Part shown: one piece after another, positions 10,730 through 24,059 of the stretch
Position numbering within the stretch: the first letter of the stretch is position 1
Layout of the letters: the number at the start of each line of letters is the position of its first letter
Assembly: GCA_044892525.1 (NCBI GenBank)
Contig: CM097885.1
Coordinates: 28,706,001-28,770,000 of the forward strand
DNA length: 64,000 nt
Reading direction: 5' to 3'
Source of the DNA: Schmidtea polychroa
Lineage: Eukaryota
The notes under the pieces: generated by a model
Databases searched by the model: none
Seen by the model: the letters and a program-made list of their open reading frames with translations, nothing else
What the model was told of the DNA's origin: nothing
Translations under genes and position numbers: made by a program

Positions 10730-10830
10730 TCTTTATGGAAAACATTCAATTCTTCTAACAGTGCTGCAAATTTTCTGTGATTTAATGATTTTGGTCGAAT
10801 AAAATTAACTATAGGTAAACAACGTTCATT
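10730..10830 (-). mobile_element. hAT transposase fragment
   Basis: IVNFIRPKSLNHRKFAALLEEL resembles the GTF2IRD2-type IVNxIRxxxLxxRQF motif also present in the intact 619-aa transposase. Confidence 0.6.
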
Positions 10831-10948
10831 ATCTTTTGAAGCTGTGGCACAACTCCTAAAGCTTCCTGGTATAGGAAAAAATGAAATAATATCATGAGAA
10901 ATATGACTGATAAAATTTGATAAATCCCTTAATTTTTTTAATCTTTAA

Positions 10949-12315
10949 CCCTTTGACACTCATAAGCGTTGCCGGCATTTTTATCGCTTGAAATATTAAT
11001 CAATCGACAGATTTTAGTCCATTAGTGAGTATTATTTTCAAAAAATAATTTATTCTTTATTTTTTAGACACTACCTGGGGTGGTACATAAATACACCACT
11101 AAGCGATAATATGCAAAATATCCAATCAGTCAATTATATGATAAAGTGAATAACACTGACGTTGAGCATTCAGACAGAGGTGAACATCACATGAACTGCA
11201 TTTAATGTTGCTGCGGCAATCATGTCTTCGGGTGCTGCAGTATGTGCATCGCTTTCTGTCTTCTGTGAATACTGGTAAATGTTGTGGTGTAGGACAAGCA
11301 GCATTACTCGGTCGAATTTTCTTTGAAAGAGGATTGGTGGATGTCGCTCTCTGATGACTACTGTAACGACCAGTGAGAGATAGCGCCACAGATCTGCGAA
11401 AGTCAAGAGCCTTCATTAGGTTGCCCTCATTTAGTTTCTTGAAAATGACATAGGAATTACACACACCAATATCCAGTAGGTCAAAGAAAATGCGTAAGTA
11501 GAACTTCACTTTTGACCTTTAAGTAAAAAAATCAAAACAAACAATGTATGTAGAGTTATAATGTGCACAGAGGCTGTAAATTTTTGCTTACCTTCGGTCG
11601 ATTCCATATGCCTCTTTTCGTTGATCTGCAATGTCAACACCTCCCATAATTGAATTATACGTCGAAACCATTTTTGGAACAGTTTTAGGCATTTTACCAG
11701 CCGTACCTCTTCGTCTTCTCATAACGTTCGTGGTTTCAAAAGGAGTCTCATAATTGGATAGAATAGTGACAGGACGTTTGTCCATCCACTTTATTGATGA
11801 GATACTGCCATTAGTGCTAACGTAAGAGTAAATATCACCCTCTTTCATACGCTTGTTAGCACGTACATCATCTGGCAAGTGTTTTCGTGATGTTCTGATA
11901 GTACCAATAGCTTGAACACCGTTTTCACGTAAATAGAAAAACAGCTCTACCGAGGAGAAGAAATTATCCATTGCCAGGATACAGTTTGTGTTGTGAAGAC
12001 TCTTTGCCAAATGCATTACCACACTTCCACCTAGACCAAATTGGCGACCTTCATTATAAACTTTGCCTTGATACATGTCAAGTTCATGAACATATCCAGA
12101 GTGTGATGATGCTCGGAACCACATTTTGAATCCCCAGGGTATGGGTTTTCCTTTGACGTACTGTTTCATTGCACTTTTCCCAGTGAACTTAATCATGTGT
12201 TCATCAATTGACATTTCATTTTCCATTTCCATTGCAGCTTGAAACGCTTTGTTGAAATGGTTTATTAGTGGACGTACTTTGTACGCTCTGTCGTATTCCG
12301 GATTGTCTTTATGAT
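10949..12315 (-). mobile_element. 5'-truncated piggyBac transposon (PGBD2/3-like) with intact 3' terminus
   Basis: TTAA (10945-10948) + CCCTTTGAC terminus; transposase core and Cys-rich C-terminal domain; no matching 5' TIR found. Confidence 0.9.
11126..12315 (-). CDS. piggyBac transposase (N-terminally truncated), two exons 11592-12315 and 11126-11516
   Basis: SIDEHM, AMDNFF, GGVDIADQ (DDD triad); 75-nt intron 11517-11591 (GTAAGC..TTAAAG) whose removal gives DRRSKVKFYLRIFFDLLD; C-terminal CTYC..CSSCDVHLC..C..H. Confidence 0.85.
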
Positions 12316-12480
12316 ATATCGTCGTAACTTGCTTGTCCATTCAGAGGCAACAACTCAATAAGCTTCTCACGTACTCCAGAAGATGAAAAGTATTTGGCAA
12401 CTACGCAACGCAGTGATATATCAGTGACAACCACAGATTCATCAACAGGTAGCGATAAATAATTAGCAGAGGTAATATCT
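12316..12480 (-). mobile_element. hAT transposase remnant directly joined to the piggyBac fragment
   Basis: SLPVDESVVVTDISLRCVVAKYFSSSGVREKLIELLPLNGQASYDDI corresponds to the hAT DES-TD..REELLxxLPxKGQTxGxDI segment. Confidence 0.7.
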
Positions 12481-13381
12481 TACATTTGCATGCTATTCTT
12501 GTGCCGACAAGAATCCTATCATCAAAACGTTGCAAGGACAGATTGGGTTGCTGAAGAAAATGATAGATGAATTTGAAGGAACGTGATTCACACCCACGTA
12601 GAGGACGGAAATGAGGAAAAAGATGGCTGGGATCGAACAGTGCCACGATAGTCTGGTCGAGGAAAGTCGATCACATTGATTAATTATTAAAGAGCAATCG
12701 GAAGCTCTGCATAAGGTCTATGTACAGGCCACCATCACTAAGAAGATCGCAACATCCCGATCTCTGCGGAATATAACGTTTTTCCAAATCATCATTATCC
12801 AATGCAACTCGTTCAACCAATGGGAAAGTCATGCAAGAGTTGTGTGGACACTCATATCGTCCACAACTTCCGATGTCAGTATTACCGGCGTCAGCCAGGT
12901 GACTCCAAAATCTAGCGAATTATCAAAACTGACCACTCTCCTGGTGCACCAGTCAAAGTCAAACGTCGGCAGCCGACTCGTGCCGGGTGAAAAAAGAAGC
13001 GTAAAATACTGCACGCTGAGAGAGAGAATATAAATTGATCGCTGAAAAGGTTCAAGCGGCTCCTCAAGCCCAATCCACAGTAATACCCGTGCCAGCATGT
13101 CAATTTCGTGTCATACCACCTTCAAGTACGCCGTTGGAGGAAAATGCTACAGACATCTTCAGTCTGGAAGAACTATTCGTCGATATGGCATCAACTATCT
13201 CGTGAACAATCAACGCGCACCTCAATAAGTTAATATCTAGACTAAAGAATTCGTTTCATGCCATCATATCATTCCGGCTCAGTGTTAGATCTGAATGTGG
13301 TGATGTAGTTATATATGATTTACTTACTTGTTCATACTCAATAATATAATCTTACTGATTTAACTGCGTTAATTTAGTTTT

Positions 13382-13731
13382 TGTGTGGTATATTTCGGTA
13401 ATAACGGCTATAAATGGAGATACCAAGTGGAGGGGAAGTGTTTTCCTAAGCTTCAATAAACGCGACGTCAGACCTTCTATCGGCCGTCAAGAAAGTGATA
13501 AGTCGGAATATGGTGAAGGAGTAGTCCTAAGGCAAGGGCTAACCTGCTCCATCATATTTGCCCCCATGACTCATTACCATCATGATTCAGATCATGGGCG
13601 TCATGACGTGAGAACAATCGTGTGGGGTCCAACTAGTGCTCGACAAGCGAACTAGAATTTCTGAGTATATGACCTTCATCTCCTAGGAAAGAGAATAAAA
13701 CTGGTGTCGACAAAGTGGTGCCCCAACACAT
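13382..13731 (+). mobile_element. LTR-like segment
   Basis: Starts TGTGTGG, ends CCCCAACACA, internal AATAAA near the end, GC-richer than flanks; no TSD found. Confidence 0.3.
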
Positions 13732-14201
13732 TGATTTATAGTTTAGAAACAATTTTTCGATTAAAATCAATAATTTAACAATCACAAATAACAACATTCA
13801 CTCAAAGAAAATCATAAATAGTTGCAAGTAAGTTGAGTCAATATGAATTGGACAACTGATGTTACATGTGTTATTAGACAATATTGAACTCTCGTTAATT
13901 GTCGCTAAATATCTGTCGTGAACAATCGAACAAAAAATAAAACACGGGGAATTACCACAAGATAAATGGTTAGTTCAGTGTATGTTTCCAGTCTCTAGAG
14001 CGATTGAGATGACTACACTTACTTAAAGAAAGGGTATTTCTTGATTCCGTCAGAGATTAAATAATAAAATTTCCGTGGTTTAAATTTTTAGTTCAGATTA
14101 CAAGATATTATTTATTGAGAAATTTGACCGCCCACCACCCAACAACGCTACGCCACTGAATGATAATAATAATGAAACGATAACAATTGCATTAATATTA
14201 G

Positions 14202-14350
14202 TGCTGAGGATACCTAAATAATAGATAAATGAAATTACCTGGGGGATAATCATCATGACAAACGGGACGATCTATGGAAACGCGGAGAAGAAAACTGAAG
14301 TAAAAAGAAGCAAGAGATGAGAAAGATAAATCAAACAAGAAATTAAAAAA
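14202..14350 (+). mobile_element. Truncated copy of the LTR family at 22056 and 25925 (opposite orientation)
   Basis: TGCTGAGGATACCTAAATA..CATGACAAACGGGACGATCTATGG is the reverse complement of the ends of the two solo LTRs. Confidence 0.75.
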
Positions 14351-15031
14351 AGGTCGTCATTAATTAACAAGTTTTTTTTTTGATGTGGCTGTTGTTAGCT
14401 ACTAATATTCTCTTTTCTCTAGTGCGGAACTTTCATGGATTTATACAATTTTGGCACTACAGCAAGATAGTCGTCAATGCACCCCTCAGACTTGCGTTGG
14501 TCGTAAGGTTTCGAAACTGAGCCGGCGTCATTGGCACTTGTATCTCTCAGTTATTTCTCACACGGGGATTAATTTATAACCTTATCCGAATACTTGGTGA
14601 CTAAACATATTTCTAATAATAATACAAACATCTAACTCCGTCTCGGGTCAGAACTGTTTGTTGTCCCGACCTCTCATATTTCGGGAGAGAATGGAAAAAA
14701 TGATTTTGAGAAAGAATTGAATATTATAAAGAGCAGCGTGATGAGAGTAAAAGGAGCAGTGAAACATGGAAATAAAAATGTTCCCCAATCCTGGTTTAGG
14801 CCAACGTTATTAGTGACGGGTACCCCACAATTCATCAAAATTTTGTGGTGTCCTTAACAAACATACAATTCAACGATAGATTAACTGTAACCTTCCTGTT
14901 ATTGATGTTATTGAAAATTTATACAATCAGCAATGATAATGGAATCTCATTACAAATAGCCAATTAAAATTTCTAATTAAAGAATCAATTAAAACAAAAA
15001 TCTACATATAGAAAACAAAACAGAAATTTAT

Positions 15032-17462
15032 TTATTTCAACTGACCGCAGTCAGTAATAACAACAGGATCATTCGGAGTGCCACTTTTTGATCCGACTGC
15101 TTCGATCTTTTTGCACACATTCAATCCTTCGACCACATGCCCAAAAACGACATGCTTTCCATCAAGCCAGGGAGTTTTATTGAGACAAATGAAAAACTGA
15201 GATCCATTAGTATTGGGCCCGGTATTAGCCATTGATAAAACACCGGCTGCATCGTGTCTCAGAATGAAATTTTCATCATCAAATTTCATTCCATAGATGG
15301 ATTTACCCCCAGTTCCATCTCCCATTGTAAAATCTCCTCCTTGACACATCTAACGAAAACGAGGTCATATATTGGAATGGGTGAATGTCCGGTTTCGTTT
15401 ACGACATTGCGTAATCGAAGGAAATAATATATGTATTGATTTTTTTAAATAATTTAATTTCAATGCTATCGGAAAATCCAATTTTTTTATCTATCGAATA
15501 ATGCATAATTTATCGAATTTAATATCGACCATAATGGAGTGAGCGATAACTGATACTTAATTAGAAACATGAATTTAACCGGTTTCCTGTTAAGATAGGA
15601 AAAAAATTTGTACAGCAAAAATAATCCTCTCGTAAAACTCGTTAATTTTCCAATTTTTCAAACACCTTTGTACTCAAAAAATCACGTTTTTCCTATTTTT
15701 GACCATATTTCAATGAAAATTCAAAATTGAAGATTTCAAAAATCTTTATATACTAAAAAAAGAATTTTTCAAAAATAGAATAAATTTTTCTGCTTGAAAA
15801 ATTTTAATTTTTTCTCCTTGAAAAATTTTAATTTTTTCTCCTTGAAAAATTTTAATTTTTTCTCTGAAAAATTAAAATTTTCCACAGCATAATTCTCGAT
15901 GATACGAAAAAGTTGTCAAAAAAATTTTTCATCTCAAAAATCTGAAACCTTCACAATAATAGCAAAACACAAAAATTGCACTTTTCAATCAATATCAGCA
16001 CTTTCTATAGTGCAAAGTGAACACTGCGATTAATAAAAAAATGGTTTCTGATTATAGTTAGAAAGCGTATTTTGCGCTCAAAAATCTATAGTCTAAGTTT
16101 CTGATAAATCTTCGGCCATTTTTCTGTCTGTTATTGAAAAAATCGATATGATATAATAAATCAATAAACCCCGGGCTACACCCTACTCTAAATCAACAGT
16201 GAAACTCTCCTAACTCCAACATTAAAGGTTTACACTTCTCATATTGAAAGCGTTTGACAGAAAGATCTAAATGGTTATCCAGCCTTCCTATTGGCTGATT
16301 GTTGATGGTGCCAATTATAGGGCTTTTGTTTTACATATGCGCTTAATTCTATTCTCATACATATTCATGAATGGTAGCTTTTTCCAAATTGAATTAATAT
16401 TCACTCTAAGACACGTTGATTGATATTGGAACGCTTAACAAAAATGAGGTTCCAATTTAATATTCTGCACTTTCCTAATTACAATACTCGCATTCCAGCA
16501 TTTAATAAAGTTGATTTGGCATAATTAAAGCCGTTTCCATTCAAATAAAAAAGATCCCAATTCTTAAATATAAAAGCCCCCTAGTTAAAATAGAAAATGG
16601 GATTCCTGAAATAAAAAAGGTTATTGGGGGTCTGCTACAATGAGAAAGTAAAATTCAATAATTACTTACAAAATCAGGAATAATTCTGTGGAATTTCGAT
16701 CCCTTGAACCCGAAACCTTTAGCATGAGTGCATAAACTGATAAAATTCTCACAAGTTCTAGGCACAACATCTTTGCGTAGTTGAATAACAATTCGACCAA
16801 TTTGAATATTACGAATTGAAATATCAAAATAAACCTGTGGAAGTTCACTTGAATTCGGTCCGGTAGATTTCATTTCATTCTAGAATTTTTAAATCAACTT
16901 TATATACAGAATTAGGACAGTTGACTTCCATGTCAGCTCGACTTTTTTCAAGTTCTTCAGAAGCTTTTCCACTGAAAGTTTTTAACCAATTTTCATCAGA
17001 CCAAACTAGTATAACATAATAATTTTCAATTATACCAATAGCAAACGCATATTTACCTGGTTTACTCCAACCTTCTTTAATTCTCATCGGTCTAGCAATA
17101 TTGACTCTAATAGTTTTCCCACACAATTCTCCATCGTTCTGATAACATTTAAATTAAAAAATAAATAAATTTAATATTCTACCATATTATCAATAGCAGC
17201 AGCAGCATCTTCAACTAATTCATACTCAATAAAACCAAAGCCACGATGTTTCTCTGAGGAGATAGTTATTGTAAAATTTAATAAATTAATACTTACGGGT
17301 TGAATAATCAATTGGAATAGAAATATTAGTAATGTCACCAAATTTGATAAAATTATTTTGAAGAATTTCTTCAGTGACTTCATCTGCTAATCCACCAATG
17401 TATAGAATTCTTTTATTAATAGGATTATAACTCCCAGGTGGAATGAATAAATCTTCAGACAT
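15032..17462 (-). CDS. PPIE: Peptidyl-prolyl isomerase E (cyclophilin 33: RRM + cyclophilin), 308 aa, 6 exons: 17297-17462, 17183-17253, 17057-17138, 16926-17005, 16670-16879, 15032-15349
   Basis: [89 protein letters not shown]; all introns GT-AG and frame-consistent (43, 44, 51, 46, 1320 nt); the intron 4 donor could alternatively lie 18 nt downstream. Confidence 0.95.
15794..15872. repeat. Tandem repeat, ~24-bp unit (TTGAAAAATTTTAATTTTTTCTCC), ~3.3 copies, in PPIE intron 5
   Basis: Directly visible. Confidence 0.85.
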
Positions 17463-18770
17463 TATATTTATCACAATTTAAATGGATTACGCTTATACTA
17501 ATTTAATAAAAGGTTTAAAATTCGAAGTTAATATTATTTAAACAATCGTGAATACTAACAAATACACAATAAAAAATAAAGGAATGATAAAGTGTATAAA
17601 AAATACATATAATAGTGTTCTATTAATAAGATATTTTTATTGAAGCTTAATTAATTAAAATCACTAAAGTTAAAAATGCTGACATGAATTATTCATAAGC
17701 AATTATTATAAGCAATATTATTCTTTAATATTACTTATCGAAGTAAGACCAGAATAAATTTAAATAATATTCATTACACTTTTCATTTACAATTCATTGT
17801 ACCCATATTAGAAATAAATAAAATCGATCCATACAGTATTTACAATTATTCAGAATTAAAATAAAATATAACACAGTGAATTGTCAATAATAACATAAGG
17901 GATAGTCAATTGTCAATTAATATAGCATGTCCTGTACAAGATGGGTTGGATTGCTTTTGTATTGAATCGGATTGACTTTGGCTTGATATTGACGGAATCT
18001 CAAATCTATTGCCTCTTCTTGGCACACATATTGACTCTGTACTTTATAGGTCCCGTCTTATAATATTTATTGAGTGTGAATATATTTCTAATTCTGACCT
18101 ATGTTAATCTAATTTTTACCTCCCTAGACATTTCTCATTATCTTTACTGAATTGTTTAAGTAGCGCTATTGATTTTTTTTGTTATTCTGACCACTCACTA
18201 AAATACGATCTCTAGTTGGGTCATACATGGAATTCCTCCGCTAGACCGACTTGACGGTCATTCGGGGTTTATACATGCACTCCATTTTTACTGGTCGGCT
18301 TCAGGTGATCAGAACAATCCCACCTGTTCCACCATGGCCATCAAATACAGACGTCAATCTGCCAGAAACTATACTGCACAAGGTGCCGTCTGCTTAAAAC
18401 CCTAGTTTCCGACAGATCTGTCTAGCAACGGGCCTTCAATTCCTGCCGCAGTAGGCAAGCATCATAAGCCTAACAAATTATGCTTCTTTTTCGTTACTAA
18501 CTTATACCTACCTATTCTGTTTGTTATTCTACCTATTCTACCTATGCTGTTTGGTCTGAAATATTAATTATCCTTTTCTGGTAAACCTTTTGATAATTTC
18601 CTAAACATCTCCATTAGGCCATGAAAAAATTCACATTTTAATCCACATCAAACAGTTATAGTATACAGAATCACCATTTAATTAACCAAACATTAATTGA
18701 ATACAAATTTTGTGATTATTTAATAATCATAAAATTAATTAAGCTTCAGGTCAATAATCAATTTTTAAAA

Positions 18771-20316
18771 TACGGGTGTAACTTGTTTAATTCGATGTTC
18801 TTTTAATTTGATTTTCATATCGGTCACTTGATACTTTCATTTAAATTACATTGAGATACTAATTTAATTTGATGTCATTTTTTAGAATTAATTTAAATTT
18901 AAAAAAATCATTAAGATTTCAAAATGGTACGAAATATAAAATACAAAACTTTAACTTTAAATCAAAAACTGTCCGCCATTCAAGAAATTGACGATGGACA
19001 AAGCATTAAAAAGGTTGCAGAAAAGTACGGTGTTCCAATCCGTAAGAACAAAGAAAAATTAAACAAATTGCTACGTTATAATCCATTCCTAATCAAAAGA
19101 ATGAGGTCAGGAAAATTTGATATCGTAGATAGTGCTGTCAGAAGCTTCGTTTCAGAAAAAAGAAATAATAATATTCCTATAAATGGAAATATAATTAAAG
19201 AGAAAGCCAAGCAATATGGATTAGCATTAAATTGTGATACTTTTAGAGCTAGTAATGGATAGCTCCATGGTTTAAAAAAAAGAGATGGAATAAAATGTCG
19301 TTGTTTGACAGGCGATACATCAGGTTGCGACAAAAATGTAGCAAACAATTGGATTAAAACTATATAGAAACCACTTATTCGGATCTATAATGAAAATTAT
19401 ATTTTTAATGTGGAAGAAACCGGTCTTTTTTTAAATAGCTGTCAAAAAGGCAAGTATAGTAAGAAAAGAATAACCATAATGCTTTGTGCTAATATGTCAG
19501 GGACCGAAAAAATTTAACCGTTGGTTATTAGCAAGTCGAGGCGTCAACATTGTTTTAAAAATTTCAATTCACTTCCAGTGAATTAATGGTTAATAAAAAT
19601 TGGTTAATGAAATTGGACGTAGAATTTGGGAAGAAAAATCGGAAAGTTTTGTTTTTCTTCGACAATTGCTCAGCCCACTACAGAAATGGAGTAATAAAAG
19701 AAATCCTTAGGTTCATTGAGAAAAAAGAAAATTGGCTCAAAATTACCTTATCAGATTGCATAAAACGAATTTCGAAAATATGGGATGTAGACATCTCCTG
19801 GATTCGATGATAATATTCCGTTAATAAATATTATTGAAGCAACGGAAACAAATTATATTTCTTTGCGGCTAATTTCAGAGAGGAATTTACGGATTATCTG
19901 GATTGTGATGTTAATGTTGTGTGTGGGGATATTATGACGGATAAAGATATCATTGAAAATGTATAGAATCAATCAGTAATATATCTGAGGATAGCATTGG
20001 TGGGGAAGTTAATGAAACGAATGTCTTTTGAATTCTCATTTGGGACAAATTCAGAACTGATCGACTGTATTCAAAAGTTAAGAAATGGAATGCTACACCA
20101 ATCTTCTGTACCACAAAGATTTTTCAATACGCTCTATGAAATGGATGTTTTTTAGAAACGGATTAAGCGGCAAATTATTTTTAATTATGTACTTTTAATA
20201 GATTTGTTTTAAACATGCTTTTGACTCATATTTAGTCACAAATATAAAAATATTTCCCTGTTTAATTCGATTAATTTTTAAGGTCTCTCGGAGAATCGAA
20301 TTAAACAATACGCGTA
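18771..20316 (+). mobile_element. Degenerate Tigger/pogo DNA transposon
   Basis: CENP-B HTH (LTLNQKLSAIQEIDDG, PINGNIIKEKA, FRASNG*L..LKKR), DDE_1 remnants (EETGLF, KRITIMLCANMSGTEK, FFDNCSAH); imperfect TA-flanked TIRs sharing TTGTTTAATTCGAT. Confidence 0.85.
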
Positions 20317-20456
20317 TTTCCTAGTTACCATTGACAACCCCGTTGCCATAGCAACTAGGAAATATGACTCACCATCATGAAATTGCAAATCAATTAAAAA
20401 GAAGCCAAAAAAATTTATTCGTCCAAATATGAAAGACAGATGTGAAGGAAATATTT

Positions 20457-21161
20457 TCATCTAGAATAAGACAAAATTCTTGGAGATTGTTTCGGAATGC
20501 TGCTTGGGCCATATTTGAATTCTGATCGGTTGAGAAAGGCTTCCACCATCGTTTCGACAATGTGATCAAAAAACAATTTTGCAACTCGAGAGTAAAAATA
20601 AGATTTAAATTCGAAGGTAATCTAAATTATGATTACAATTTAATTTAAAGTTTACTTATAATATTACAGAGAATTCAAGAATGCTGGAATTCGGTATTTC
20701 AGGAAGACCATTTCTAAAATACCATGTTGTTATTAATTCATTGAAAACGGAGCTTCCAGAACCTATAGACTGAAAAATATGGGGTTTCGAAATTATACAT
20801 TAAAAAAAGTTTACCTGGACCATATTTGGTTCAACATATGTGACATTCGATACATATGAGACATTCAATGGTGGAAATCCAACAATTAAATCAGCTTTAA
20901 ATGTGTTTCCTAATTGACTTATTATCATAGACTTTTTGCAATAAGGCACGAATTGATAATATTCTTCAACCTTTGACACAACATTGAACATTTGATCTTT
21001 TGAATACCTAAATATTGCATAATCAAATACAATTTTCTGAGTTACACATACCCTATAATTCTTTTTTCTTTATATTCCATAGATTTGGAAAAATAATTGT
21101 TTGAAAATAATCTTTTTTGAATAAAACGATTTGAAAGTCTTGCTAAAATAAATGAGGACAT
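20457..21161 (-). CDS. COQ10: Coenzyme Q-binding protein COQ10, 189 aa, 4 exons: 21052-21161, 20815-21007, 20668-20769, 20457-20621
   Basis: Arg/Ser-rich mitochondrial-type presequence MSSFILARLSNRFIQKRLFS; KRIIG/YSKDQMFNVVSKVEEYYQFVPYCKKS, LIVGFPP, FNELITTWYF, ITFEFKS..AKLFFD..MVEAFLNR; introns of 44, 45 and 46 nt, GT-AG. Confidence 0.93.
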
Positions 21162-21429
21162 AGAGTTAAAATAAAATATATAATAAAATTTAAAATTCAA
21201 ATTGCAATTAATGTATTGTAAGAGTTTTTAAAACAATTTTTATCGAAATTATTAAAAATATTTTTAGATTAATCAACAAAATTTTTTCATGATGTAACAA
21301 TGAAATATTTTGCTTTTTTTGAAATTAAAAAAAAATATTTAATTTCCCATTGTTGATATGTTTTATTAATATTAATACATAAAATTTATTTCATGTCCAA
21401 CTTAAAAATGTTCTGAGTTACAGTCTTAA

Positions 21430-22055
21430 CCAATGATTTCCAAAGAGTGTGCTGGCAAATTTAGTAAACTTTTTTCTTTTGATATCACTGTAATAATGAA
21501 TAATATTTTCAATTAAACCAAAAAGTATTATTAATATTTTTTCATATATTTAAAAAATTAATGAAAATTCAAATAATTTATTATTGTATATTGGAACGAA
21601 CTATGCATTATAATGCTAAAGTCATTTCAGCCTTTATAAAATCTTGATTGGCCAATGTAAATTTTAGTAATCTATGAAAATTCATCTAATTATGCATATG
21701 GCGAACGAGTCCTGTTATATACTCGGAACAAAAACACTTCACAGTTTCCTTAGTGAGAATGAACTAAAGTTTTCCAAAGAAATTCAAAGCAGTGTAACGA
21801 ATAATTTACCAGAATTTAAGGTTTCTTTCACAATCTATTTTCCACAGAGATTTATAGCTTGATTTCAAAAAATTAACATCATTGATGTTTGGGTAATAGT
21901 AAATTAGCATTACCAAGAATTAAGTTATGTAACAATTAATTTTCGATTAAATTTCACAAACACAGATGTTCTGGAAAGATCGTTCTCACCTTATGCATAC
22001 ATTAAGAATAAATATCGTAGCAAGCTTGATACAGTTCAAAATTTAAAAACCATAT
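21430..22055 (+). mobile_element. hAT transposase C-terminal remnant, interrupted by the solo LTR
   Basis: LERSFSPYAYIKNKYRSKLDTVQNLKTIL (hAT dimerisation domain) at ~21970-22055; left boundary approximate. Confidence 0.55.
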
Positions 22056-23002
22056 TGTTGAGTTATTGGGTTGGTGAAACTGTTTGTAAATTCAAACTTT
22101 TACTCTGACTTTAAAGCCTGTTTATTAATTCGCAATTCAACACTCTCGAACACAATAAGCTTTATTAATATTTACACGGAATTGTACAAATTTCAATTAC
22201 AATCAATTAACTATAAACCAATTTATCACACAGAGCTTATTTCGACACTACTTGAAGAATAGCCCTTTCTGTATTCACAACAATAATCACTAGCCGTCAA
22301 CTACTCAATTACAGAATACGTTGATCGATTGTTCTATTTGCTTTGACCACACAATTTATTTACTCCATTTTTACTTAATATTCAATTTTATAAAAGATTC
22401 TCTTCACTTCTCGTTTCACTCTGGTTTGATTCTCCCCTTTAACTTTTTGTCTCCAATTTCGTTCTGTTTTGTTCTCAATTTCGTTCTGTTTTCGTTTTCG
22501 TTTTGTTTTCCCTTTTGTTCTAAATCTGTTCTAAATTTGTTCTGATTTCTCGTCAACCAGTTCTACTTTATATATTTGTTTTGTTTATGGCACTGGTGAC
22601 AGATTCTGTTTTCCTATTTCCATTTTCTTCTACGTTACCCGCTATGTCAGCCTAATCTCTGTCAGATGTCGAGATATTTTTCCTTTTTCATTTTTTTGTT
22701 TGACCGCCTTCTTCCAGCAATTACATTATCAATGGCAGGCTATCGAGATAATAATATTGTCGTTTTCCTTTTTCCCTGATTTCAAAATTTCTTTTCCTTT
22801 TTGTACTAATTAATTATTACTGAATCTGGCTTTTATTTTCATATTTCATTCCTTTTCTTTCCTGTATCTTTCTCATTTTTAATTTCTTTTTCCTTTCGCT
22901 TTCTTTTCTAAGTTCCCATAGATCATCCCGTTTGTCATAGCGATCTTCCCACAGGTAATTTTATTTATTTATTTATAAATTGTTATTTAGGTATTCTCAA
23001 CA
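22056..23002 (-). mobile_element. Solo LTR (Gypsy-like), 947 bp
   Basis: Inverted termini TGTTGAG..CTCAACA, 4-bp TSD ATAT, AATAAA on the - strand, homologous to 25925-26810. Confidence 0.85.
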
Positions 23003-24059
23003 ATATTTAAAAAACTATAGTCCCAAATAAAAGGTCAGGGATTACATTAAATACAAAAAAAGGTTAAAATGAACATATTGGACAACTTTGAATTAACACA
23101 AATGTTTCTTCTGTTGGAATTCCCTACGAGTTGGCACACCGTAAATTAGACGATTTAGGAAGATATATCTCTATTCTCAAAAGAAGAATGTCCAAGATGC
23201 TTTCAGACAGATGGAATTTTCAACAGACCCAACCCTTAGAAAATTCCAAATGACTATTTGCAGTACGACGAGGTACCCATGGAAGTTTACATGTTGGTAA
23301 TGCCCTGAGTCGGCGAAACCTATAGGACAGGTGAGCTTCTGTCTTAAAACTACTCTCCTCTAGAATTTCTATCTAGGTCCTTGAATGCCGATAGTAGGTC
23401 TTGCATCAAAAATTCTGTAGTCTGATCTAGTCTTAGTCATTATCATGACGATTGACATTCTCCGTCATTCTCCTCACTGTCACATTCACTAACGCACAAA
23501 AAATATATATAATAATGAATAAAACAAAATATTGATATAATTAACTACGAATACAATAGAAATACACAGAGAGAAAGAATACACTTCAGAGACAATTCTC
23601 AACAAATGGGTGGATGCCGATTCGACTAGGAATTGAAAACACAGATTGTTACCTCGCGAGTTCTATGGCAATTGTTGTACAAAATACCTCTACTCATGGA
23701 GTTCGATGAAGAGTCATGAATCTCGGCACCCGTGTTGTTTATATTTATGTTTATATTTGACCGAATATGATAAAGGAGTTCCGAGTTCGGTTGATGAATT
23801 ATGTGAGGTCATCGGATTAACCGTAATTAACTGTTTCTAATGTGTACACTATGAACTTGGCCGATCGTAGAATATTTACTGCCAGATTCGAATCTGTCGT
23901 CTATGTCTATCTACTAATTTGCAATTAATGTCGCGAAATCACTAATTCTCAATTTTATTTACCTCCAAATCTTTTACACATATGAAGGAATTTATTCTGT
24001 CAAAAAGTTGCAAAACAATTTACACCGAAGATCTGATATTTATCTATACAAGGTTTATG

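Noticed and set aside
12960-13080. bHLH-like ERENIN*SLKRFKRLL stretch
   Set aside because: Needs stops or frameshifts and has no second helix; lies in TE debris
18329-18352. VFDGHGG on the - strand, resembling the PP2C phosphatase motif
   Set aside because: Stop within 10 codons, no other PP2C motifs or splice sites; context looks like decayed retroelement gag
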